DNA of 64,000 bases from Octopus sinensis (lineage: Eukaryota). The translations under genes and the position numbers were made by a program. Each line of letters begins with the position of its first letter. Position 1 is the first letter of the stretch. Of the stretch, positions 23,233 through 34,750 are shown piece by piece. The DNA lies in contig NC_043008.1 in assembly GCF_006345805.1 (NCBI RefSeq), forward strand, positions 13,764,001-13,828,000. Direction: 5' to 3'. Below the pieces are notes generated by a model. It was not told the DNA's origin and did not search any database. It worked only from the letters and a program-made list of their open reading frames with translations.

Positions 23233-23929
23233 AAATTGCCAAAAAAAAAGGAAAAGTCGTTCTCTGTACCTCAGTAATGTATCTATGAAAATACTTACCA
23301 CAACAAACATGTATTTTTCCCATCCACAACAAAAATAAAAATGCAGGGAGCAAAGACAACAACCATTCATCATAATATGAGAAAAACGACAGATGTGATA
23401 ATATCATATGTAAATATATCTTGTAGTAGGCAAAGTAGCCATTTCCAATTTAGTACATTACATTTGCCAGTCGGAAAATCAACATCAACAATGTTCGTGA
23501 GACGAAACCAGTGCGTTAACTGCTTTATACAAGATGCTTTTCATATATTGTCCCAACTGTTGTTTTATTTTGCTATAGTTTTCCTAATTCTATCACGAGA
23601 AGGAATTGTTTTTGTGATGTTTGGGATAAGAGATTTACTGAATTACCAAGCATGTTTCTTTCTTGTTTTGTGTTGTTTTGGTTGTTTGTTTTTATCAATA
23701 TCAGAACGTTATTCCATTTATCTATTTAGAGACATGAGACTTGAATAAATCTCTTTGAAGAAATGTATAACTTTATGGCTAATATGATTTGAAAAATAAA
23801 AGTCATGTTTGCAACTATTATCGAATTGTTTACCACTTTTTTCACAAAAGAAAAAAAAACATTCCTGACAACAACAGGCATACAAGATATTTATCAACAA
23901 GCTGTTATACGTGAAAGAGAAGCAAGTAG

Positions 23930-24090
23930 AGATAAACAGATAGACAGACGCATAGAAAGACAGTGACAGGCAGAGAGACAGAAAGACAGATAGACAGACG
24001 TATAGAAAGACAGAGACAGACAGAAAGACAGAAAGACAGACGTATAGAAAGACAGAGAGAGACAGAGAGACGAGACAGAAGCACAGATAC
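23930..24090. repeat. Degenerate (AGAC)n/(GA)n tetranucleotide tract
   Basis: Direct inspection. Confidence 0.85.
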
Positions 24091-24520
24091 ACAGACGATA
24101 TTAAAAAATTCTTATTCAAACGATATTTCTTCAATAAAACAGTCATACCGATCTCTTTCAGAGATCAATGTTTGGCTAACTTCGTACATGTGACTCATCA
24201 CAATATGGTTTCAAAGTCATTACATTTCTCAGACATGAATTTACCAAATTGTATCAAGACATATTAGTTTTTACCGAATTTGAAATTTCGTAAAAAGCAA
24301 TATTAATAAAAATGGTAAAGTTATTATTTTTCTGCTCTTCATATTTTCAAAAGTAGCTCCTGCATTGCTCATTTCTCCTCACTCTTTATCTCTCTCTCTT
24401 TCTTTCTCTCTTTATCTGCCCCCTCTCTCTCATTCGTTCTTCTCTATATATACATACATATACATGTACATATATATATATATATAATATATATATATAT
24501 TATATATATATATATATATA

Positions 24521-24711
24521 TTTTATTAAATTAGAGACAAAACCACTATTAGGCAAATCATACAATGAAAACCTTAAGCCATACATAAGAGTATTTAATT
24601 TATATTATTCAAATATATAACAAAATTATTAAAAAAATATAATTAATATAACACTACGATCGTTTCATGGCTGTTAATTTCTTTAAATTTTCGAGTTACA
24701 GTCATTCATCA
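24521..24711 (-). mobile_element. PLE-tail remnant beginning inside a hammerhead core, flanked by (TA)n
   Basis: The reverse complement reads (TA)n-T-GATGA-ATGACTG...CAGCCAT-GAAA-CGATCG-TA-GTG: stem II, GAAA, palindrome ACGATCGT and a GUA site. C3 and the stem I 5' strand are missing. Confidence 0.7.
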
Positions 24712-24759
24712 TATATATATATACACACACGATTTAACTTATACTTATTTGTCCAAATT

Positions 24760-24975
<216 letters not shown>

Positions 24976-25136
24976 AGGGAGATAATATGAGGGGTTTTGT
25001 TCTCTGGTGATCTAAACGAATAGGTAAGATGAGTAAGTGCGATAATAGATTATCCGTTAGGTTCCATGTTCACAGCTGAAATCCATGGTTTATAAACTGT
25101 GAATTTCCCAGTCCAGAACTTTCCTACATACCCACA

Positions 25137-25213
25137 TTGCCTCTGATGACGGAATACCCAAAGTACGGACATGCTAATCTATCATTTAGGACATTGAAGC
25201 AACAGCTGTAAGA
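25137..25213 (+). ncRNA. Decayed hammerhead motif
   Basis: CT-CTGATGA...GAA(GCA)ACAGCTGTA-AG. The core, palindrome ACAGCTGT, GUA site and a 2-bp stem I remain, but GAAA is interrupted and stem II is unclear. Confidence 0.4.
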
Positions 25214-25617
25214 ATTCAAATTCACCTTATTTAATTATATAGTTTAAATGACTTGCGATACCCGTCCTGCCTTGGTTCTTTTTTTTTATTTTTACCGTAA
25301 TATATATATATATATATATATGCAGAATTTTGGTTAGTTGAAATATGTTTGTGACATATTTCAACTGTTGAAGCCAATTACACTGGAGTAACTATGGGGG
25401 GGGGGATCTTATGATAAAAGTTTGAGAAAACAGTCAATTTGTTCAGTGTTGCCATGTCTTAGAAACATGAGACATCGATACTTCGAGTTTTTTTACTCTT
25501 GTCAATGAGATGTACCTAAGACAGCTAACATCTCATATATACCATATAAAATATTAATGTATATATACGTACGTGTGTGTCTGTGTTAGTGTGTGTGTAT
25601 GCATTTGTATATAAGTG

Positions 25618-25654
<37 letters not shown>

Positions 25655-27058
25655 ATCACGTCCTGCTCTTCTTTTGCAAGAAATTTACTCATATATTGCA
25701 CCTTTGAACTCATACAAATTTTCTAGCATAAGTCTTTGTTTAGTTGATTTTTTTTTTCTTTTCCTATTTAGAAATAGCAAAATCTATGTTTTGTATATTT
25801 TGTATAAAAGGTTCTCTTTTTGTAAACGGTGTAAAATACATTAAGAATTAATTGACTTTAAGAAGAACGATTTTAGATAGCTTCAGAGCTATTTGTGTTT
25901 ACTAATGTATTGCTTTTTGGCACTCACGTTTCTCTTCAGTTCATATGAATATGATCGAAATATCTTTATTAGCAACAAATATTACATAACATCATGTCCA
26001 GCATACTCCTTCATCAACTTCAATATGACGGCAAATTATTAACGTTTCGAAATCACTGCGACTTTCTATATCAATGCTAATGTTGGACGTATATGTAAAA
26101 ATAATGGAAATAGCCGTTGTTAATGTTTTATTTGCTCCCTTCTTGTGTAGGTTGATTCAGTCTAGATTTTGATCAAAGCTGGTGAGATTCTCCCCATCTC
26201 TTTTTACTCGTAAACTATTCCCATCTCCATTAATTGTAACGCACTGTCTGCTTAACGTCATTCACATTCAATATTGCTAGCTCATGTAGACTTGTTCATA
26301 GCTTACAGCAGTCAATAACTGGGAAAGATGCCACAATGAAACGTCATACTGAGTTACTTATTGTTTGAAATGCATGAACCATGTCATTTATTTCAGTTGA
26401 TGCAATCGCTCATATAATGATTATATTTCCATTTGCTCTTTTTATCGTTTATGTTTTTTTAATGCAATTCTTTATAGAGAGAATACAGTACGCAAATAAT
26501 TGCAAATATGTGGTACTAAGTATTCAAGTAACAATATACTGCATTCAGTAGTAAAAAAAACAAAAAACAAACAAATATATTTACAAAGAAAGGAAATAGC
26601 TACAAAGCTAACGGACATGATTATCTACATATAACCATTAGACAAAATAACATGAGAAATATTTTTCCATGAATATTATTTTACATTATTCATATAGATA
26701 TTCATACATCTATCTATCTAGATCGGTGTTTTCATTATTACGTAATATTTGTGTATCTCGTGGTTTACATATTAATATATACACTTCCAATACATTTTGT
26801 ATCTATGCTAAATGGTTGTCTAATCTATATCTATCATTGTATACGTTGGCGATGCAATTGTCATTGTTTAGTTTTTTTTTATTAAGCTTTTACCAGGAAC
26901 GAGGTTAAGATTTCGATTAGATTTGGGGAGCAATTCTATAAATCACTTTATCCGATCTAAATAGGAAAAAAAAACTAAAAACAATTTACAGTGGTGACGA
27001 TGGGTGAGTACAAAGGCGCAATATTTGAGCAAATGTTTCGTAGAAAGAGGAAAGAACA

Positions 27059-27099
<41 letters not shown>

Positions 27100-27439
27100 G
27101 AGAAGAGAGAGAGAGGCATAATACATACATACGCAATTGCAGCGTGTGTTATGAGCCATTTAAAAACACACAAAAAACGTTAGATTCACTTCAACATTTA
27201 AATTTAATTTGCCAAAATATTTTTGTCGCTTTGAGACCGCGAGCTGTTCAATTACTAAATTAAATAGACACCTTTATAATCATTACAATTTATTCAAATC
27301 TGAAACTATACATTCAAATTATTTATCAATTGTTATAATGTGAATATTTAGTATTTAGTAGACATGTCTCTTGAATTTTGCAATGCAAGGGGACTATCAG
27401 GCATATTACTAATCATATGACGAATATTTTCTTGCGGAA

Positions 27440-28135
27440 TTTCTTGCCAAGTTTCATGCAGTAATCTCAAAAGACCTGGTTTCGAAGATGCTTTCTTATT
27501 CTTTTTATGAATTGTCATTATGTCCTAGATGTGTTCAATTGGGTTCATATCTAGTGAATGGCTTAGTCATGGTAGCTTTTTCATCCACCAAAACTTGGGT
27601 AATTTTAGCCGTGTGACAATGAGCCCCATCTTCCATTAATAAACGCTTTTTCTTAATCATTTCATCACTGGAGAAGATTGATAGGAGTCCTTGATGCTAT
27701 AGGTTTACATATTTATATGGGTTTCTATTACCCTCACACTGCACCAGTTCAGTCAACCATGGCTTCAAATTGCTTCCCAGACCATCACAGAATGGCTGCC
27801 GTGCTTCATTGTGGGCTGCAACCTTTTTAAATCAAATTCTTAAGCACGGAGTCTCCAGACACACACTGGGAATACAGCAAATCTGGACTCTCAAGAGACT
27901 ATGCCAATGTCCCAAAATGCTACTGGCCTATCCACTATGTCACTGGCCCAATCTTTTCTCCACTTGATGTTGGCTAGTCGAAGAATTGGCTTCTTTCTTG
28001 CTGCTCTGCCATAGGAACCAATTTTGTGCAGATAGCTAACGGCTTTTCTGGGACAGACATCAACTTGTTTTGCTATATCAGATGCCTGGCATCGAGACCT
28101 ACAATACGGCCGCTTTGAAATTCGGACAGTTCCAT
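27440..28135 (-). mobile_element. Tc1-like transposase remnant (pseudogene)
   Basis: Pieced across frames: MELSEFQSGRIVG, YGRAARKKP, QPTMKHGSHSVMVW, LMEDGAHCHTAK, DMNPIEHI (DD34E-type landmarks), with many stops and frameshifts. Confidence 0.8.
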
Positions 28136-28167
28136 GGATCCTTTTGGATATGTCATGATTAAACAGT

Positions 28168-28235
28168 TGACTAAAGGCGGTGCTCCAGCATGGCCACAGT
28201 CAAATGGCTAAAACTAATACAAGAATAAAAGAATA
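28168..28235 (+). mobile_element. SINE-B 3' tail only
   Basis: GACTAAAGGCGGTGCTCCAGCATGGCCACAGTCAAATGGCTAAAAC. Confidence 0.8.
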
Positions 28236-28353
28236 TAGAACCCGAAACATCAAAATATCAATTAATAAAAAATATAAACCATTACAAGTTAGAATAAACA
28301 TAAAACAATGTTTTATGGAGCGTCTATTTCCCTCTGTCATGTCTGTGTATGTA

Positions 28354-28393
<40 letters not shown>

Positions 28394-28452
28394 CATATAA
28401 GTCTGTGTGTGTGTGTGCGTGTGTAGATATGTATGTATTGATATATGTACTT

Positions 28453-28765
28453 GGGGGCGCAATGGCCTGCGGTTAGGTTGTGAGTTCGAATCCCGGACCT
28501 AGCTGCGTCTTGTGTTCTTGAGCAAGACACTATTTCACGTTGCTCCGGTTCACTCAGATGTAGAAATGATTTGTGACGTCAGAGGTACCAAGTTGTATCG
28601 GCCTTTGCCTTTCCTTTGGATAACACTGGTGGTGTGGAGAGGGGAGGCTGGTATAAATGGGCGACTGCTTGTCTTCCATAAACAACCTTGCCCGGACTTG
28701 TGCCTGGGAGGGTAACGTTCTATGTGCAATTCCACGGCCAGTCATGACCGAAGGGGGTCTCAGCA
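28453..28765 (+). mobile_element. tRNA-derived SINE-C
   Basis: GGGGGCGCAATGGCC A-box, GTTCGAATCC B-box, a CTTGAGCAAGACACT motif and a distinct ~200-bp body. Confidence 0.75.
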
Positions 28766-28809
28766 TATATATATATATATATTACTATATATATATATAT
28801 ATATATATA

Positions 28810-29056
28810 AGGGACAATAATCCCGAAACTAGTCCGAGCGTATCACTCAGGCTTGCGAGAAAGGGATGGCCTCCCTTTGCAAATACTTCAAGAGCACTGA
28901 AATGGTGTCTAAAGCCAGCTGGAGACGACGATCTCCTGGGGCTATAGAGCTAGAGTAACACCCCCTCCCCTATGTGGTTAGCCATATTAAGATGGCTTCT
29001 ATACTTTACATTATCGAGCGATTACTGTTTACATTTCATTCAGAGATTTAATAATG

Positions 29057-29058
<2 letters not shown>
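28810..29058 (+). mobile_element. PLE-tail remnant beginning at hammerhead stem II, flanked by (TA)n
   Basis: (TA)n-A-GGGA-CAATAA-TCCC-GAAA-CTAG-TC-CGAG: stem II, GAAA, palindrome ACTAGT and a GUC site. The CUGANGA box is absent. Confidence 0.6.
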
Positions 29059-29106
<48 letters not shown>

Positions 29107-29682
29107 TAGATAGATAGATAGATAGATATAGATATATAGATATATATATAGAAGGTTGACGGACTCGTACCAGCAGCAGGCAGCAATATGCTTATACGAT
29201 CATACAGGAGGACAGGGGATAAGTATCGATTGGTATTTCGAAAAGCAGGAAAGAACATTAGATTTACGTATCGTACTCAAAGTAAATGGCTTGTTAAAAG
29301 GCAACACTGCTAAAAGTTCCTTGTTGGCATATTACAAGGGAATCAGCAATCAATAAGTTAGCTCGTTCTCAATGCAATTATCAACATATAAATATTGTTA
29401 CAGATTGAGGATTAACATTATTTGCCACCAAGTTTTTTAATGGTGTCGTATAATAATATCTATAGTATATTTTGTCGGTTAATTTTGAGAGTGATGCTTA
29501 TATTTGATGGAATAAATATCTTTAGTCTTAAACATAAAGACGTGCTGCTGTCAACTTTTCGACTATAGGATCTTATGTTAAAGGTTTCAGAAACGTTCTT
29601 GTATACTTTTCCTGAGATGCTGTCATCATTCCATCCACTTCAAACACACATACATACAAAATACATACACATGCATGCATGC

Positions 29683-29754
<72 letters not shown>

Positions 29755-29802
29755 TAGATATATATATGTATATATAATATATTATATATATACATATATA
29801 GT

Positions 29803-29834
<32 letters not shown>

Positions 29835-31011
29835 ATATATGTGTGTGTGTGTACTCGCACATGCACATGGTAGTTCACTTCTATGGCAACCTATGGAAGT
29901 GGAATCGTTTAAGGGATGCTGGAAAAGCGTCCAGGAGTAACTGTCTACAATATTTCGGAGAAGTTGAAAAGTTGAAAACACACCATTTCAATGCATTTGC
30001 TGGATTCCATTAGTGTCCAAAGTTAAGCTTTTGAAAGGAGGCAGTTATTGGCAGTTATAGTATATCTTAATATGTCACATGAAAATATTTAGACATAAAT
30101 ATAAATCCGCACACTTTTATTAGGAGTAATGTTAATAGCAGGAAAATATTTGTGAGTGAATGCGTGTCATAGTCTTTGACTGTGTTTGCGTATATGTAGG
30201 TGTGTTTAAGTGCGTACCTTTTTAAATGTGTATCTGTAAATATTTCTGTTTGTGTGTTTCTGTACATATTTGCTTGTGTGATACTGTGTATGTGTGCCTG
30301 TACGTAAATTTCTATCACACAGACATATACTTACATACACATACAAACAAACACATACATATATATTCTTACGTATATACTATATTTTTTTTATCTCAAT
30401 TTATATCCAGTTTCGATTGAAGATACGGATTTAAACTGAGAGCTTTCGTTGTATTTTAGCTTTAATATTTTAGGCTTCTTAAGATATCTGTGTGTAAAAA
30501 ATGCCACTTCACTTTGTCCATATTTTAGCTATGATTGTTACAAAATCCTCTTAGCCATTACACTTCGGTGTCTAAAGTAAATACTTAAATCTTTCTCTAG
30601 CAATTTATCTCTTACATAACAGATTGCATATAGATTCTATATCTCATTATTAGATTCTATATCTTATAAATAATTTGGTTGTTATCTTTAATAATTTTAT
30701 CCTTCCATTACAACTGATCTCCTATACCCTAAACCATATGGCCAATGGTGCCTCTCGACCGCACTGATTTAAACTGAATGAGATAGATACCTAGAAAGAG
30801 AAAAGAGATAAGAGAGGGACATATATTGTGACATATATTGTGAGAGTGAGAGAAACAGAGATGGTCGTAATACAAGTATATACAAAGTGTGATTACATTC
30901 AGCAATAATACAAAAGCAATCGTTGGAGATATGATTCATTGCATGGCTTAATAAGGTTAACCTTTTTAAATCAATTGACGCAAAAGGAAACAAACGTTAT
31001 ATTGTACTAAC

Positions 31012-31709
31012 TAGTACTAACTATTTTCATTTTTATGTACTTTGTACATCAGATATAAACTGCAGTAATAATAAACACTTGGTCAATAATATGAGCCCCT
31101 ATTTCGAATAATTTGTTATGCTTCCCACGTTATTGTATTTCTGGAGGTTATTCCCTTTAAAGGGGTGAACGTGTGATCCAGTGCTTTAGCCACAAAATAT
31201 ATTTTATAATCAGAGCCGAGATCAAAGCACCACGACAAAGCAAGGAAGAGATCAGCTGATTGACACTAGTTCGAGTTACTTTATTCTCTTTCTACATCTA
31301 TAGGAATACTGTGTAACTCTACCGAAAGGAAGTGAACTCTCGCTCTTCTGGATAGTATATGTAGTACTAAATATTTTCATTTTCATGTACTTTGTATATG
31401 AGATATAAACCGAAGTAATAATAAAAATTTGATCCATAATATGAGCCCCTAATTCGAATAATTTATGATGCTTCCAACGTTATAGTATTTCTGGACGTTA
31501 TTCCCTTTAATGGAGGGAAAGTGTGATTCAGTGCTTTGGTCACAAAATATGGATATAACCAGAGCCGTGATCAAAGCACCACGACAAACTAAGGAAGAGA
31601 TCAGCTGATTGAAACCAGTCCGAATTAGTTTCCTCTCTGTCTACATCTATAGGTATACTGTGTAACTCTACCGAAAGAAATTGAACCCTCGATCTTCTGA
31701 ATAGTATAT
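31012..31709. repeat. Direct tandem duplication, two ~350-bp units (31012-31361, 31362-31709)
   Basis: Shared anchors include TAGTACTAA, AATATGAGCCCCTA, GATCAAAGCACCACGACAAA, AAGGAAGAGATCAGCTGATTGA and TACTGTGTAACTCTACCGAAAG. Identity is roughly 85% by eye. Confidence 0.93.
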
Positions 31710-32842
31710 ATATATTTATAGCATATGCAACAATCCCATAACTTATACCTAGGATGCATATTTTGAGAGGTTCGCCAAGGTCAACAATTCTTGTAGGGGA
31801 ATAAGTAATGAATTTTATTATATTAGATTTTTACTTTTAGTTTAATAGACGTTACTCACATTTTATTTCTCTATTCAGGATATTTCCATTCTATTCGTGC
31901 TACTCTATTATTTCTGATTATGACTCCATCAGTGAAAAGAAAATTATTTGTATATATATATGTGTGTATATATATTTCAATGGAAATTACAAAGAATGTT
32001 ATTCTTGCATTGCATTTGTATGGAACCGTTCTTCAATAAATAGCATCCCAACGATAAAGCAACAAATTTTTTTTTTGTTTTTTGTTTTTTTGCATTTGCT
32101 GTATACTTTATTCATATCTTTCAAATATATTGCGAGATTTCACTTCTTATCAAAATATGCCTCTTAGTATTGTTGTGGATATTTTCTTTTATATTCTTTA
32201 CTGCTTTTTTTCATTATTATCATTATTATTATTTCCTTTCGCTTCAAATATTTGTATGGGTATTTCAAATTTTCCTCTCAGAATGGCAGAAACTAAATTG
32301 TGACTTGAAATAAGTGTTTTTATATAATATAAAATTTATCAGAATATGTGTTTCTCAGATCCAGTGAGAGGTAGCTTCAGTGCAGTAGTTCTGTCATGTG
32401 ACAAAATAAAAAAGAAATGTAATATTTCAACGTACAAATCAGAGAGTAAATATAGGATGTTAAAAAAGGCTCCGTCAATAATGCACGTAATGGAATGGAA
32501 AAAGAAGAGCAATATTTGTCAAACTGGTGATGCTATCTAGCTATAATATTATATGTATAATGAAAAGAAAATGTGAGACCAGCACGATTTCTTCTCTAGA
32601 AATATGATGAAATATTCATTCCCATTATACACTCAAACTCGTTTGATTTTTTTTTCTTAAAGTTATCTATGATCTAATATCTATCTGCACCGTAATATTC
32701 CTTAGATATTTCCCCTTATCTCACTCGCTATTCCTCAAAATTCCTCTCGTATCAGTCTTTGTTTACGCTTGTTCATATATTTTCAGTAAAATTTTACAGT
32801 AATAAATTAACCGTTAATTGCATTAATTTAATAAACTACACA

Positions 32843-33251
32843 TAGGCGCAGGAGTGGCTGTGTGGTAAGTAGCTTGCTAACCAACCACATGGTTCCGGGT
32901 TCAGTCCCACTGCGTGGCATCTTGGGCAAGTGTGTTCTGCTATAGCCCCGGGCCGACCAATGCCTTGTGAGTGGATTTGGTAGACGGAAACTGAAAGAAG
33001 CCTGTCGTATATATGTATATATATATGTATGTGTGTGTGTTTGTGTGTCTGTGTTTGTCCCCCTAACATTGCTTGACAACTGATGCTGGTGTGTTTACGT
33101 CCCCGTCACTTAGCGGTTCGGCAAAAACATACCGATAGAATAAGCACTGGGCTTACAAAAAAATAATAAGTCCCGGGGTCGAGTTGCTCGACTAAAGGCG
33201 GTGCTCCAGCATGGCCGCAGTCAAATGACTGAAACAAGTAAAAGAGTAAAG
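32843..33251 (+). mobile_element. SINE-B, full length
   Basis: Same head, body and tail as 16176-16576. Confidence 0.92.
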
Positions 33252-33539
33252 TGTATATCAGACAATATAAACAAAAATGAAACGTAAAATCTAGTGAGTA
33301 AATGTCTAAACATTAGGTCAACGAGGTAAGAATACCGCCAAATGTATTTTGCATCATGGTTCACTGTCTCGAAGAAAAAACAAATATTGAATATTATAGA
33401 TATTGATATTGAATGAGATGAGAAGACTTTAATCATATGCTTATGATGCAAACACTGGCATATAGCTAAACAATTACTACATCATCGCCTAGTCATGGTT
33501 TGGGTTCATTTTATCTTTAATTGAGAGTGGCTTCAAGTG

Positions 33540-33740
33540 TTGGCACCAAGCCAGCAGTTTGGGAGGAGGGGTAAGTAGGTTACATCGAACCCATTTCTCA
33601 ACTGGTACTTAACCTCTCGACGCCGAAAGGAAGAAAGGCAAATTCGACTTCAGCAGTATTTGAACTCAGAAAGTAAAGTCGGATGAAATGCCGCTAAGTA
33701 ATGTGCCCGGCGTGCTAACGATTCTGCGAGATGTCGCCTT
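33540..33740 (-). mobile_element. SINE-A, degenerate
   Basis: Reverse complement of the SINE-A head and central domain. Confidence 0.8.
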
Positions 33741-34621
33741 CAGAGTTTGAACGCTGAAAATAGGCTAATGGTACAGTCGAATAACATTCCATGTTGTAAA
33801 GTATTGCAACGTTTATCAGTCTATGAGATCTACCAAATTACAACTTTATTAACTATGATAGTCAATTATTAATCTATCCCAAGATAACAGCATCATAACG
33901 AAGAAAAACAAACTACCAAATCTTCGTATAATTAATAAATATACCATATTAATAAACATATCACTAGGCTCGTGATGTCACGGCACTGGCATGACTCTAC
34001 TCCCCAGATAACTGTACGACCTAATCAATCAAGCTCATTTCTCAATAAAATCATGATATTCGGTTTCATTTTACATATTTAAAAATGAATAGTTGTGGCT
34101 TCGATGCTTTCGCATGTTCTCTTATTGCAACTGGTCATTAATCAAATGATATTTGCGGCTCAACGAAGTTTAGTATTATTAATTATTAGAAACTTGATTT
34201 TAATTCCAACGTAATATCTAATATTCTATGCTGTTTTCATGAAAATCACGTACTTTATTCTTTGTAATATGCTTGAATACTCTTATAATTTGGCCGTTTC
34301 CAACATCCAAACATTTTAAGCAAAGATAAGTTTAGCCAAAGGAGAATCATAAACGGCTTCCTTACCCAAAATATTGTTTAGGTAACAAAAACAAAATATA
34401 CATTATATAGATAGATAGAGAGATAGATAGACAGATATATAGAAAATACATATATAGATACATGCATAGGTATGCATGTATATATACATAGATATACATA
34501 CATTCTGTTATATATATATATATATGTGTGCGTGTGCGTGTGTGTGTGTGTGTATGTATGTGTGCGCGTGTGTGTGTGTGTGTATATATATATGTATATA
34601 TGTGTATATATATATATATAT

Positions 34622-34750
34622 AAAGTTAATCCAAACAAGAAAACACAAAAAAACACAACAACGCGAGGAACAAAGATAGTATTATTGGACGCTCAGGAAA
34701 GAAGGGAAGACGGAGGGTTTAACGTTTCGAGCGGATCTCTTCGTCGGACA
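34622..34750 (-). mobile_element. PLE-tail remnant with a CCGACGA hammerhead-like motif, between CA and TA microsatellites
   Basis: The reverse complement reads TGT-CCGACGA-A-GAG-ATCCG-CTC-GAAA-CGTT, with palindrome AACGTT. Stem I is not evident. Confidence 0.5.

Noticed and set aside
32346-32540. 64-aa ORF with a nearby acceptor (DPVRGSFSAVVLSCDK...)
   Set aside because: I found no homology and no phase-compatible upstream exon.
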